Source: Euryarchaeota archaeon UBA552 (GTDB lineage Archaea; Thermoplasmatota; Poseidoniia; Poseidoniales; Thalassarchaeaceae). Taken from it: a DNA stretch of 64,000 nt. The stretch lies in contig DAMH01000011.1 in assembly GCA_002499585.1 (NCBI GenBank), positions 15,195 to 79,194 of the forward strand, in the 5' to 3' direction. Both the position numbers and the translations under genes were made by a program. This document shows, piece after piece, positions 19,377-29,120 of this stretch; within the stretch, counting starts at the first letter, position 1; each line of letters opens with the position of its first letter. Under the pieces are notes generated by a model. It did not search any database. It saw only the letters and a program-made list of their open reading frames with translations, and had not been told where the DNA came from.

Positions 19377-20288
19377 ATGTCGGAGATGATTTATCACGGG
19401 AAAGTCAAGCAATTGTGGTCTACGGAGGACCCGGACGTCATTGAGTTCAGGTACACTGATCAGATATCCGTGTTCGATCAAATTATTCCCAGCCTAATAC
19501 CCAGGAAAGGGGAATCACTCAACAGGACCTCATGCCACTGGTTCGATTTAGTGAAGTCCAGGGGAATCTGTGAAACCCATGTTTTGCATATGAGCGCACC
19601 TGACAGACTCGTTGCAAAGAGATTTGACGTTATCAGAGAACCCGGAGCAATATCCCAAGACAGGCAGAATGTATTCGTGCCGTTAGAGGTAATCTGCAGG
19701 CACTACCTAGCAGGCACGGCATGGAGAAGATTCAACAGAGGCGAACTGACCTACCAAGAGCTGGGCTTTGAAGAACCCGGACAGGTCTTCGAGGGCGTTA
19801 AACTGCCAACACCTTTCCTTGAGGTTTCTACAAAGTTTGAGGCATTCGATCGTAATTTGGATCGGGATGAAGCGTTGGAGATATCCAATCTACGCCCAGA
19901 AGAGCTGGACGATATCTTAGCCATCGTTCTAGAGATAGATGACTTGATCCAAGAGGAGGTGGGCAAAAGGGGGCTCATCCACGTCGATGGAAAGAAGGAA
20001 TTCGCCTTAGGCCCGGACCGTACCCCCATTCTGGTAGACTCTTTCGGAACATTGGACGAAGACAGGTGGTGGGATGCAGAAGCTCTGAAAGATGGTAAAA
20101 TCGTCCAACTTTCCAAGGAGTTCGTAAGACAGCACTACCTCAGCACAGGCCATCACTCAGAACTCAAAAAAGCTCGGGATTCAGGTGCCGAGGAACCGCC
20201 TATACCCCCTCTGCCACAGTCAATAATAGACGAAACGGCGCAATTGTATGCCAACATGTACGAAAGACTGACTGGCAAAAACTTCTAG
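19377..20288 (+). CDS. purC: Phosphoribosylaminoimidazole-succinocarboxamide synthase (SAICAR synthetase)
   Basis: N-terminal IYHGKVKQLWSTEDPDVIEFRYTDQISVFDQ...IPRKGESLNRTSCHWFDLV matches the PurC signature (YxGKxK, DRISAFD, IPGKGxxLN, WF). Confidence 0.8.
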   Translation: MSEMIYHGKVKQLWSTEDPDVIEFRYTDQISVFDQIIPSLIPRKGESLNRTSCHWFDLVKSRGICETHVLHMSAPDRLVAKRFDVIREPGAISQDRQNVFVPLEVICRHYLAGTAWRRFNRGELTYQELGFEEPGQVFEGVKLPTPFLEVSTKFEAFDRNLDRDEALEISNLRPEELDDILAIVLEIDDLIQEEVGKRGLIHVDGKKEFALGPDRTPILVDSFGTLDEDRWWDAEALKDGKIVQLSKEFVRQHYLSTGHHSELKKARDSGAEEPPIPPLPQSIIDETAQLYANMYERLTGKNF

Positions 20289-20908
20289 GAATGACGCCTC
20301 ATCATCAGCCCGACACCATGTTTTGCTGCGCCTTGCAGTAAATTGGAGAGGTGCCGAAAACCATCTTGCACCCCGCCATCGAATGACTCATTCGAGTTGA
20401 CGGTCCACCGCCCTCTGTTGATTTCTCTTCGGAGCTCTTTCACCTCTGAATGGGTTATCCAACCCATCAAATTCAATCCGAAAGCACCCTTGTCAAAATC
20501 GTCTTCGCCCAAGAAATCAGGCATGAATCCGAGTGCCAGCTTGGCAAGTAGCTCCTCAATCACCTTGGTAGGCGACCTTATGTTCTCTATGAGGTAAGCA
20601 ATAGCATTACCATCTTCGGTGGGCCATCTCCCCAGCTTTTCCTTGGATCCCTTTCCACCGTCCAAGGGCCGGCTTGAGTCATTGTAAAGGTCCCAATCCA
20701 ACGCTGCCAGAAACAAGAGCGTCGCCCTGTCAAAGATCGCAGGTTCGCCGTTCACCAACTCTTGGATGCCCTCCACTTTGGGTGAAATCATCTTAATTTC
20801 TTCATGATCTCCTGCCATGGACGACAGAATAGGGTCAACAAGCAATGCCGGATCAATCATCAATGGGTCAAAAGTGTAGAAATCCGATGGAGGTATGTAC
20901 CTGTTCAA
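20285..20908 (-). CDS. Hypothetical protein (207 aa)
   Basis: ORF only. No recognisable motif. Convergent 4-bp overlap with purC. Confidence 0.35.
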   Translation of the reverse strand: MNRYIPPSDFYTFDPLMIDPALLVDPILSSMAGDHEEIKMISPKVEGIQELVNGEPAIFDRATLLFLAALDWDLYNDSSRPLDGGKGSKEKLGRWPTEDGNAIAYLIENIRSPTKVIEELLAKLALGFMPDFLGEDDFDKGAFGLNLMGWITHSEVKELRREINRGRWTVNSNESFDGGVQDGFRHLSNLLQGAAKHGVGLMMRRHS

Positions 20909-20918
20909 AATATCATCC

Positions 20919-23900
20919 TCATTTGCCCAGGCGTCGCAACCTCATCTCAAAATCGTCCACATCCTCATCAGACCGGGTTCTTGGGGGCATTGGAGCAGCG
21001 ACTGGATCCCGCTCCTCGATTGATTTTTCCGTTTTTTCGACCTCGGCGATTGCGGCAACTTTCGGTCTCTTCGTCACTTTGCTATCAGCAACTCTCCGTC
21101 TTTCCTCTCTTTCGCTGATAATTCTGCGGGCCATTTCCTCGAGGTCTTTTTGTTGGTTACGTGAGCGGGAATTGAGGATTAACACACCCCCGATTACAAT
21201 GACAAATACAGCAGCAATTGTACCGGTTCGTATATCCTCTGACCTGGTACTAGTCTGTGCCTCGCCCGCCAGGATTATCCGAGATAGGTCGTCACTTGAA
21301 TCGAAATCCTGATCCCAAGGGAACTTGCATGCAAGTAGTACGGAGATCTCCACACCGTCCTCCAGTGACTCCGGCCGTTGTATCAACGGCTCAGGTCCGA
21401 ATGTCCCTGCAACATCGACGATGTGTGTCCGGTCATCGATTCCTGGGGCCTTAAGGGTCACAGTGCAGGTCAGATCGTCATAGGATTGGAGGCCTTCTCG
21501 GGATATTAGCACCCTTATCCTTTGATTCTCTGTGGCCGGGTCGTAGGTCGCAGGCTCCAGCTCCAGTCCGACTACTCCCAAATTCCAGTAATCTGGATGC
21601 CGGATTTCCACCACTTGATTTCTGACGAACAATATCCTCCCAAATTCGTCATAGATTCTTATGCTGATTGTGTTGCTTCCGGGCGGCGGTGTCCAAGGGT
21701 CATAGGAGAGGTTGAGGTAACCTATCTGGCCACTCTGGATAGTGATGTTTCCTGCATCAACGACATCCCCGTCCTCGTCAACCAGCAACCCGCGTATGTT
21801 CAGTGTGTCTTCCCCTTCCCCAACAACACAGAGTGAGTCTATACTACCATAGGATCCGGCTAGTGAGCAAACAGTTGGACGAGTCGTCAAATCAATTATT
21901 TCGACTCTGTAACCCAGAATGTCGGTACCATCGACTGTGACATACCCAATGTTTTGCATGCCGCTTCTCTCAGGTAGTATCCAGAAGCCCAAGGGGTCCC
22001 ATTGAAGCGATTGTTCACTCTGGCTGTCGACTACGTTGTTGGTAGGTCCTGTACCGTGAATCTTCAGGACCGCAGAGCCGCCCATTGTTATCATTGAGAC
22101 CGGGGTGCTGGACCATGAATGATTTGAGGGTGTTACGGTCATCATCATTTCACTCTGATCGTTAGCCTCATTAACGGCGCCGATTCGAACTATGAAAGGC
22201 GATTTGTCCCAATCTGGCGGTGGAATGAGTGATAGCGGGATGCCTTGGCTCTCCCCGCTGCCGACGGCTATTGATGGAGGTCCTGTTTGGCTCCAACCTT
22301 CTGGGAGGCCAATGACGCTCAGGTTAATTGAGGTCGCCGCATTACCTGTGTTCTGTACCCATCCAAGGGGATATCCCCCCTCTTCAGTAATCATCCAGTT
22401 AGGGTCCCCATCTAAAGTGAAGGATCTGGTTGCTTCTACTCTAACTGGGATGGATATTTCAGTTAATCCGGAACCATCAGCATCCCTTATTCTCAATATG
22501 AGGTCGACTGTCAGGCTATGAATCGCATTCCCCGGGGGCGTGACACTCACTGATACTCTCCTTGTTTCTCCGGGTGCCATCTCAAAGTCAGTGTTTGGAG
22601 GTTCGACCTCCCATCCTTTTTGACCGACAATCTGTGTGGATATATAGGGCGAAGATGGCGCGTTTCCTAATTGAACTATGTCTATTTCTAAGTCAGATCC
22701 CTCTGCAGGTATCTCAAGGTCCGTCTCACTGAAAGTGGCGCCCCAGGCTGACTTTCTTGTGATCTCATACTCGACAATTGTAGAACCCATTTCAATACCA
22801 TTTCCAGCCACCAGCGTGAAGTTGATCAAAACCAGGGAACCGTTGACTAGCGAGTTGGGTATCGATAAGTTCGACGTGAATGATGCTTTGCCCCCTGTCG
22901 GCACTTCATCTACTGCCGCACTCCCTTCCAACCATCCCTCGACAATCGTCCCGTCCAAACTCGTTTCAATGGACAGATCTAAGGAGTCTTCGTAATTACC
23001 GTCGTTTCTTACCTGAACCTGGATCGCTGTTGAGCTTCCTGGGTCTATCAAGATCCTGCGGCCAAGTAAGTTCTCTCCGTCTGATTCCACAGACAATATC
23101 GCCCACTGCCTGTCTTGCAAAGCAGATACATTGTATATTACGAAATCTGTGGCTTGTTGATCTATCAAGGAGGACATCGTGATGGTGACTTCTATCGGTC
23201 TTTGAGCATCTGTTCCCTCTCCCAAAGTTATCGATAGCGGGACCGTCTGCAACTCACCGGGAGTCAAGAATGCGTTCTCTTGGGCCAGTGCCACCTCGAT
23301 ATTTGGCGATCCGATATCATCTACGAATTTTGCTTGCCAGGATACTGAATATGAATCCGGGCCATTACCTGAATTTCTCATTTTTAGGACTGAGAAAAAG
23401 GTATCCCCTATCTCAAGAGATTGACTCGCAGCGTCGTTTTCATTTGCCATCTCCAGACTGGCATTGTGTTGTTGAAGAATCTCGATTGAGAAAGACATTA
23501 GACTGTATGCTGGGCCTTCAGATTCACCCTCAAAGCTCAGGAATCCTGGTTGGATATACTGGAGGGAGACTGTCTGTTCTAGAACAATCACCGCGTCGAC
23601 GTGGCTACCCTGAGCTCCGGTTATCTCTAACCTATCTCCATCGATTGAAAGATTGTCATCTGTCGAGGTCCATAGCCAGCCAGGTAAAGACATCCCTAAG
23701 TCTGAAATTGACCAGTTCAAGGAGGTCGCGTCCTCTGGCATTTTCGCAGAGATGCGATACTCCGTCGGGCCGGGAACCATCCTCCTGTGAGGCGGTTCGA
23801 CAACAACATCTGCCGCTACGAATGTCAGCTCGATGTCGTCGCAGGTCTGATCCTGGCTTTGACCCACGCAGAGTTGCAAAATGGTTGAGACATTATCTCC

Positions 23901-26729
23901 TGTGAGCGCGTCATTCGGAATTTCCAAGCTCGCATATACTTCCATTGCTGAGTTTGGTGGAAGAGTCAGTCCTATGATTTCTTCACCACTCGTTGGATCA
24001 TAGATTCTGAGATCATCTCCCCACTCTGTGGAGCCCCATGATTGAACAACCTGATTTTCTGCTGCATTGCCAAGATTTTCTATCAACACCCATGCCATGG
24101 CGTCGCCTCCGGGGAATCCCAAGCCTTCCGAGACAGGAAGCCCCTCAGGGCCTAGTATAGATAACCCACGAGTCCTGTTGGCCTCTACAGGGATTATGCC
24201 GGAGACGCTGACAGTGGGATCTGCGTCTAACGTGAGTCTGAGTCCAAGATGCCCCTCGTCATCCCCTCCGGCCGAGGCTGGGGCAACGACTCGGAGGATC
24301 GGTATCCATGGCGTACCTGATTGTATCAGCACCCCCTGTGAGCCCCCAGGGGTCTTGTCACTCCAAGACCAACCTACGGGCAGGCTATCGTCATCCACAC
24401 TCAGAGACCAAACACCATCTTCCCTACCTGTCGAGATGACGACAGGTTTCGCATCTGAGCTTCCCCCAGGGTCAACCCTGACGGGCGTGGACGGAGCAGA
24501 TATCGTGGCATTGTAGGGGGGTACTATGGAGAGCGTTGCCTCATAGGCATCATTGTCATTTCGATTCTGGGAGATGTTTTCTCCCGGGTCCAACACAAGT
24601 TGGAAAGAATGAGTCCCCAGTCCGCCCGACCAAATAGCTTGGAACGAAACATCTGACCCGGTGCCCGACGGAGGTATTGGTTCAAGTGGCTCGGATCTGA
24701 ACCTCTTGATTTCCACACCGTCAGCCATGAGGCTGGCATCTACCCCCTCCTGAGTCTGGATGTTGCCACTATTTTCAAAGAATGCTGTAATTACAACATC
24801 CTGTCCCGGATCAGGTTCAGTCGGATCAAATATGATGCTCCTGCCATCAAGCAGCGGTCTGACATCTATGTGACCTTGGGATATGGCTGCCGACCCTACT
24901 AGAGCGTCATATGATGCATCTCCGTTTAGATCTGCAAATACGATCTCAGACCATGTCCTGTGAGGCACCTCGACGGGTTGAGTCCAGTTGGAGCCAACTC
25001 CAGACGGCGAACCAGAGTCGCCGTCGAATGCATGAATGCCCCGGCCATAGGCTACCAGAATGTCCGGCGACCCGTCACCGTCAATATTCATGGAAGCTGG
25101 TGGAGCGACTGCAATTTCATCGTTCAACACTCCATCTGGGTTAACGAGATCGAGAGTTTGTGACCATTCCAGTGTCGGTATGGTTTGATTCACATCATGA
25201 CAGCCAGCGAATCCGCTTCTTTCTTGAGTCAACCCTTCGCTGGTCATCGTCCAGGTAGCCCAGCAAACGTAATCGGATAAGCCGTCACCGTCCGAATCAA
25301 TTGGAAGAGGGGGGGCATCAGCGTAACCGTCAATTGCATTGATGGACCACAACTCGGTCTGTCCGTCCGAAATTTCAAGCGCTCTGTATTCTGCACCGTC
25401 TGCATTTCCTGTACCCCCCAAATCTGTTGGTATGGTGACTATAACCTCAAGCGCTGAATCAGCGTCTAGATTGGACAGTACTGGCCCTGGAAGGCGAAGG
25501 TGGGGTACATTGGAGTCCCCATCGGTGTTCCCCATGGATCTCGGAGCCCATGCTTCATTTCCGTTTGAACCGTCCAACTTCCATAGCCATACAGCGCCTG
25601 TGGACGAATCAGTTGTCGTAATTAGTACGAAGCCGGTACTCGGATCAGCCCTCACATATGCGGGGTCTGAAGGGTGGGTCCCAAGATCCAATGTCGCGGT
25701 CCAAATGGGGGCGGAAGGGGCAGATGCGGTCAGGTCCATCGCGACAACTTTGATTTGCTCGTCCGAATCATCCCAAAGCGCGAGGAGCGCCTCGTCCGTG
25801 CCGTCAAAATCTACGTCTGCCAACAAAACCTGTGTCGTCGGCCGATGTCCAGATATTGATACGGAAGGAGAAGGGCTGGGCCTGGATATTGACATGTCCG
25901 AATCAAACCAGCTCCATAACATCTCATCTGAATGATCACCCCCGTAGGACCAGCCCGTGAGTCCACATTCCAAGGATGGGGAGTACAGCCTGAGGTTGAA
26001 TGAACCCGAATCGTCATCATAGGCCGTGATGACTTCAATTGTTCCGTCATTGTCAATGTCGGTGAGCACGGGACTAGTTTTGACCAGCTCAGTTTCTCCC
26101 AGGTCAACCTCCCACGCAAGCTCTGCGTTATCGCTGTCTATGGCTCTTATGTGGGACCGCCCGTTATCGTCGGTTTGAACAACGAACGCAAACAGGGAGT
26201 CTGCCCCGCATCGCTCCTCGGCCCCAGCTTCAACGGTGATTTGGTTGTGCAGGCTAGCAACTGGGGTACTCAGAGCATCATTACCGAGGGAGTAGGATCC
26301 GAAAGTCCAATCTATCACTGGGTCATTGATGGAACGCAGCCTCTCTGCAGCCGACGGGTCACCATTTCTTGCACCACCGTCTGGGCCGTGGTCAATCAAT
26401 ACTGGAACTTTTGCTGAGTTCTGGCCAAACTGCCCCCAGACTGGCGACTGAGGATAATCATACCAAGGCGGTGTTTGCATTGTTTGATTTGAGTCACCCT
26501 CCAACAAGCGTGCATTGTCAACTGCGTCATTTAATTGCTCGATTTCTATGAGATGGAGACAGAAAGAGGCCTGAATCAGGATCACAAGTGACAAGGCCCT
26601 CACAAACGCCGGATCCGACCCTTCGTTCTTTCCCACGCCCCGTTTTGGATAGTGGCCATCTTCAAAGTTCGCCCAACTAGATCGGTTCAGGATGCGATTA
26701 AAGCCTATCTTCTCGTTTAACGAAGCCAT
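20919..26729 (-). CDS. Giant surface protein (~1936 aa from the chosen start): FG-GAP/integrin-alpha-like beta-propeller repeats, CARDB-like domains, C-terminal TM and charged tail
   Basis: Repeated Ca-binding loop motifs DIDNDGTIEVI, DVDFDGTDEALL, DSDGDGLSDYV, IDGDGSPDILVA, DLNGDASYDALVG (FG-GAP/VCBS-like). CARDB-like DVVITAFFENSGN...FQLVLDP. C-terminal TM IAAVFVIVIGGVLIL + SRSRNQQ, then a tail rich in K/E/R/D. The ORF could extend to 26945, but that would overlap the divergent rpo7 gene. The ATG at 26729 (MASLNEK..., followed by hydrophobic LSLVILIQASFCL) is preferred. Confidence 0.7.
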   Translation of the reverse strand: MASLNEKIGFNRILNRSSWANFEDGHYPKRGVGKNEGSDPAFVRALSLVILIQASFCLHLIEIEQLNDAVDNARLLEGDSNQTMQTPPWYDYPQSPVWGQFGQNSAKVPVLIDHGPDGGARNGDPSAAERLRSINDPVIDWTFGSYSLGNDALSTPVASLHNQITVEAGAEERCGADSLFAFVVQTDDNGRSHIRAIDSDNAELAWEVDLGETELVKTSPVLTDIDNDGTIEVITAYDDDSGSFNLRLYSPSLECGLTGWSYGGDHSDEMLWSWFDSDMSISRPSPSPSVSISGHRPTTQVLLADVDFDGTDEALLALWDDSDEQIKVVAMDLTASAPSAPIWTATLDLGTHPSDPAYVRADPSTGFVLITTTDSSTGAVWLWKLDGSNGNEAWAPRSMGNTDGDSNVPHLRLPGPVLSNLDADSALEVIVTIPTDLGGTGNADGAEYRALEISDGQTELWSINAIDGYADAPPLPIDSDGDGLSDYVCWATWTMTSEGLTQERSGFAGCHDVNQTIPTLEWSQTLDLVNPDGVLNDEIAVAPPASMNIDGDGSPDILVAYGRGIHAFDGDSGSPSGVGSNWTQPVEVPHRTWSEIVFADLNGDASYDALVGSAAISQGHIDVRPLLDGRSIIFDPTEPDPGQDVVITAFFENSGNIQTQEGVDASLMADGVEIKRFRSEPLEPIPPSGTGSDVSFQAIWSGGLGTHSFQLVLDPGENISQNRNDNDAYEATLSIVPPYNATISAPSTPVRVDPGGSSDAKPVVISTGREDGVWSLSVDDDSLPVGWSWSDKTPGGSQGVLIQSGTPWIPILRVVAPASAGGDDEGHLGLRLTLDADPTVSVSGIIPVEANRTRGLSILGPEGLPVSEGLGFPGGDAMAWVLIENLGNAAENQVVQSWGSTEWGDDLRIYDPTSGEEIIGLTLPPNSAMEVYASLEIPNDALTGDNVSTILQLCVGQSQDQTCDDIELTFVAADVVVEPPHRRMVPGPTEYRISAKMPEDATSLNWSISDLGMSLPGWLWTSTDDNLSIDGDRLEITGAQGSHVDAVIVLEQTVSLQYIQPGFLSFEGESEGPAYSLMSFSIEILQQHNASLEMANENDAASQSLEIGDTFFSVLKMRNSGNGPDSYSVSWQAKFVDDIGSPNIEVALAQENAFLTPGELQTVPLSITLGEGTDAQRPIEVTITMSSLIDQQATDFVIYNVSALQDRQWAILSVESDGENLLGRRILIDPGSSTAIQVQVRNDGNYEDSLDLSIETSLDGTIVEGWLEGSAAVDEVPTGGKASFTSNLSIPNSLVNGSLVLINFTLVAGNGIEMGSTIVEYEITRKSAWGATFSETDLEIPAEGSDLEIDIVQLGNAPSSPYISTQIVGQKGWEVEPPNTDFEMAPGETRRVSVSVTPPGNAIHSLTVDLILRIRDADGSGLTEISIPVRVEATRSFTLDGDPNWMITEEGGYPLGWVQNTGNAATSINLSVIGLPEGWSQTGPPSIAVGSGESQGIPLSLIPPPDWDKSPFIVRIGAVNEANDQSEMMMTVTPSNHSWSSTPVSMITMGGSAVLKIHGTGPTNNVVDSQSEQSLQWDPLGFWILPERSGMQNIGYVTVDGTDILGYRVEIIDLTTRPTVCSLAGSYGSIDSLCVVGEGEDTLNIRGLLVDEDGDVVDAGNITIQSGQIGYLNLSYDPWTPPPGSNTISIRIYDEFGRILFVRNQVVEIRHPDYWNLGVVGLELEPATYDPATENQRIRVLISREGLQSYDDLTCTVTLKAPGIDDRTHIVDVAGTFGPEPLIQRPESLEDGVEISVLLACKFPWDQDFDSSDDLSRIILAGEAQTSTRSEDIRTGTIAAVFVIVIGGVLILNSRSRNQQKDLEEMARRIISEREERRRVADSKVTKRPKVAAIAEVEKTEKSIEERDPVAAPMPPRTRSDEDVDDFEMRLRRLGK

Positions 26730-26862
26730 ATGCCCATCGCGCTTATAGGCAGTTGCCGTTCCGCCGGAACATCGGGATCTCCTCCAGAGGCACAGCCTGT
26801 GAAGGACGGGAACCTTCCGACGGCAAAAACCGTGGAGCGTCCCGACAAAAGGACGTAACAAC

Positions 26863-27411
26863 ATGTACACACTAATAACAAAGGAAGATACCATTCGTAT
26901 CCCTGCAGAGTATATCCGCCGGGGGAGGAAGCTCGAGGACCACATTGACGAATTGGCTCATCAAGCCTTCGAGGGAAGATTTGACGAGGATGAGAATTAC
27001 ATACTCTTGACCTTTGACCACGAGACTATTGGCCGAGGAAAGATAATACACGGCGATGGAGCGATCTATCAAAGGGTAAAATTCCGGGCTTTGTTGTTCT
27101 CCATGGACACAAATGAGATTGTGGACGGAGCCGTCTCGGAGATTTCAGAGTACGGCGCATTCGTCAGAATAGGCCCCATAGAGGCACTTTTGCACAAATC
27201 ACAGATTCTAGATGAACCAATCAATGTAAATCCAGCCGAGCGAAGGATAGAGGGCGCCAAATCCGGCAAGTTGATCGAAGTCGGCACCAATGTGAGATCC
27301 AGAATCGTTTCTAAAGCAATAAACCAGAACGACCCGAGATCCAGCAAGATCGGGCTTAATTGCAAAATGGCTGGCCTTGGCGCTCACCAATGGATCGACG
27401 GAGATGAGTAG
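26863..27411 (+). CDS. rpo7: DNA-directed RNA polymerase subunit E' (Rpo7) with S1 domain
   Basis: MYTLITKEDTIRIPAEY...GAFVRIGPIEALLHKSQILDE matches the archaeal Rpo7/E' pattern (N-terminal RNP fold, then S1 with GaFVriGp..gLlH.SQ). Confidence 0.8.
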   Translation: MYTLITKEDTIRIPAEYIRRGRKLEDHIDELAHQAFEGRFDEDENYILLTFDHETIGRGKIIHGDGAIYQRVKFRALLFSMDTNEIVDGAVSEISEYGAFVRIGPIEALLHKSQILDEPINVNPAERRIEGAKSGKLIEVGTNVRSRIVSKAINQNDPRSSKIGLNCKMAGLGAHQWIDGDE

Positions 27412-27413
27412 TC

Positions 27414-27632
27414 ATGCCAAAACAACCATTTGCGTGCGGGGAGTGCAACAGGATCCTACCAGATCCAGAAAAGAAGAATGAGGTCCCTCAGTGTACCTCA
27501 TGTCCAAACGCCCCGGTAACAACAGATTGGCAAGGGTACGTGATTATACTGGACCCTTCCAGGTCCGAGGTTGCTCGAAGGCTGAATGTCACTTCGTCAG
27601 GGGCATACGCCCTCAAGGTGAATATTAGGTAG
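27414..27632 (+). CDS. spt4: Transcription elongation factor Spt4 / RNAP subunit E''
   Basis: FACGECNRI...CTSCPN zinc ribbon followed by TTDWQGYVIILDPSRSEVARRLNV...GAYALKV. This is the canonical Spt4 pattern. Located directly after rpo7 as in most archaea. Confidence 0.75.
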   Translation: MPKQPFACGECNRILPDPEKKNEVPQCTSCPNAPVTTDWQGYVIILDPSRSEVARRLNVTSSGAYALKVNIR

Positions 27633-27641
27633 GGTTTTACT

Positions 27642-27947
27642 ATGGAAATTATCGAAAGGAAAGATAACCCGCTTTTGAACCGGGTCGAGATCGAGTTTGT
27701 TTGGAATCATCAAGGATCTCCGACGCCAACTAGAAAAGAGATGGTAGAGGCAGCAGCGAAATCTGAGCCCAACGGAAAGAAAGAATTGACCTACATCAAA
27801 AATGTCAGGACTGTCTATGGCAAAGGAAGAACAGAAGGCCTCGCCCTTGTCTACGCCTCAGTGGATGCAGCGTCAATCGAACCGGACTACGTATCTGCAA
27901 GGCACAAAGACTTGTTCGGAAGCACTGACGGAGAATCAGCGGAGTAG
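27642..27947 (+). CDS. rps24e: 30S ribosomal protein S24e
   Basis: [34 protein letters not shown] is the S24e N-terminal signature (eNpLL.R.E..f...H.g..TPsR.e). Confidence 0.8.
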   Translation: MEIIERKDNPLLNRVEIEFVWNHQGSPTPTRKEMVEAAAKSEPNGKKELTYIKNVRTVYGKGRTEGLALVYASVDAASIEPDYVSARHKDLFGSTDGESAE

Positions 27948-27952
27948 ATCTT

Positions 27953-28132
27953 ATGCCAGATGGAACCCCAAACCCAAATTCTAAACATAGTAAATACTCA
28001 ATAGAAGGTGACAAGCTAGTCAGAAAAGCACCTTTTTGCCCCAAGTGTGGGGATGGAATATTCCTAGCACAACACTCAGACAGGCTTTCCTGTGGGAAAT
28101 GCGGTTACACTGCCTCTGACTCTGAAGAGTAA
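27953..28132 (+). CDS. rps27ae: 30S ribosomal protein S27ae (59 aa), not present in the supplied ORF track
   Basis: Translated by hand: [59 protein letters not shown]. Shows the CPKCG...CGKCGYT zinc ribbon of S27ae, directly downstream of S24e as in the conserved archaeal pair. At 59 codons it falls below the 60-aa cutoff of the ORF list. Confidence 0.7.
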   Translation: MPDGTPNPNSKHSKYSIEGDKLVRKAPFCPKCGDGIFLAQHSDRLSCGKCGYTASDSEE

Positions 28133-29037
28133 GGGCCCCACGAGACGACCTTCCCGTCGTTGCATACGCACCAATTATCATTGATCATCCCGACTCCTAT
28201 TTCTCTCCTGGTGTGTAAAGTAAATTCCCCGCCCGCTGTCGAGAATTCTCCGTCGTGTCTCCAACCTGTCCATCTCACAATCCCCTCGTTAACAAGCACG
28301 TCCAAGACAGGGCCAGGAAGGCCAGTAAAATCATGCTTTGAATTAAAATCGTGGTCCACTATGACAGCATGGCTTCCCCTCGTCATAATCATAATCCCGT
28401 GATCTCCAAGGTCAGAGGCCCTGTAAACTGGATCTCTGACCTTGAGAGTGCCTTGACTGAGTATCTCACCATTTTCAGATGATAATCTAAGCCACTCCCC
28501 TCCCTCCGATAGGACATTGAAACCATGGTGACTGAAGCACATCGCGGCCACTCTGTCAGATATTCCTGAGCCCATTGCATTCTTCCAGGTTGGATATGGC
28601 GACCTCCACTTCTCATTCACCTTTATTTCGCCCTTGGTACCTGTAATCTCCATGCTGTATATCCCCAGACGGTGCAGGACGAAAATGAAATTGCTTCCCT
28701 CGGAGCATAAAGCCTCAAGCGTTCCCTCCAGAACTCTGTCCCACGAAAAAGGAAGAATGCTGCCGGTTGGGAGTTCAGGAATTTCTCCGGCTATGGAGGG
28801 CGTTTCAGGCTGTATTTCTATCAACCCGATCTTTGACCCTAATGAGGGCGCTTGGGGTTGAGATGAGACAATCAAAACATCCTCGGCCAGTGCGGAGAGA
28901 GAAATCGAATCGATACTGGTCAAAGACTGTTTTGCAATGTTATTCTCTCGGTCGAGGACTGCCACGTTACCGTCGCCGCCGATCACCAATGTGGAGGAAT
29001 TAGACCTGTGGACCCGGGATGGCGTGAACCCAAGCAT
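28105..29037 (-). CDS. Hypothetical protein (310 aa), possibly a beta-propeller
   Basis: ORF only. Weak repeat character ([12 protein letters not shown]...). 3' end overlaps rps27ae by 28 bp, convergently. Confidence 0.35.
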   Translation of the reverse strand: MLGFTPSRVHRSNSSTLVIGGDGNVAVLDRENNIAKQSLTSIDSISLSALAEDVLIVSSQPQAPSLGSKIGLIEIQPETPSIAGEIPELPTGSILPFSWDRVLEGTLEALCSEGSNFIFVLHRLGIYSMEITGTKGEIKVNEKWRSPYPTWKNAMGSGISDRVAAMCFSHHGFNVLSEGGEWLRLSSENGEILSQGTLKVRDPVYRASDLGDHGIMIMTRGSHAVIVDHDFNSKHDFTGLPGPVLDVLVNEGIVRWTGWRHDGEFSTAGGEFTLHTRREIGVGMINDNWCVCNDGKVVSWGPYSSESEAV

Positions 29038-29120
29038 GGCCGACGGTGAGGGTGGGTACAGTTGAACCTGCGCGCGAATGCGCTCACATGATATAGTGAG
29101 GGCGACTGTGGAGATATCCT

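Noticed and set aside
21257-26551. Numerous 60-210-aa ORFs on the plus strand inside the 2008-aa minus-strand gene (for example 23270..23905, 25339..25935), and similar minus-strand ORFs inside the plus-strand giant genes (for example 9973..10560, 2047..2462)
   Set aside because: These are antisense shadow ORFs within long, compositionally biased coding repeats. They lack motifs and have Ser/Pro/Arg-rich, low-complexity translations.
26730-26945. Upstream 72-codon extension of the 2008-aa minus-strand ORF
   Set aside because: It would overlap the divergent rpo7 gene by 83 bp. The internal ATG at 26729 (MASLNEK...) followed by a hydrophobic anchor is the better start.
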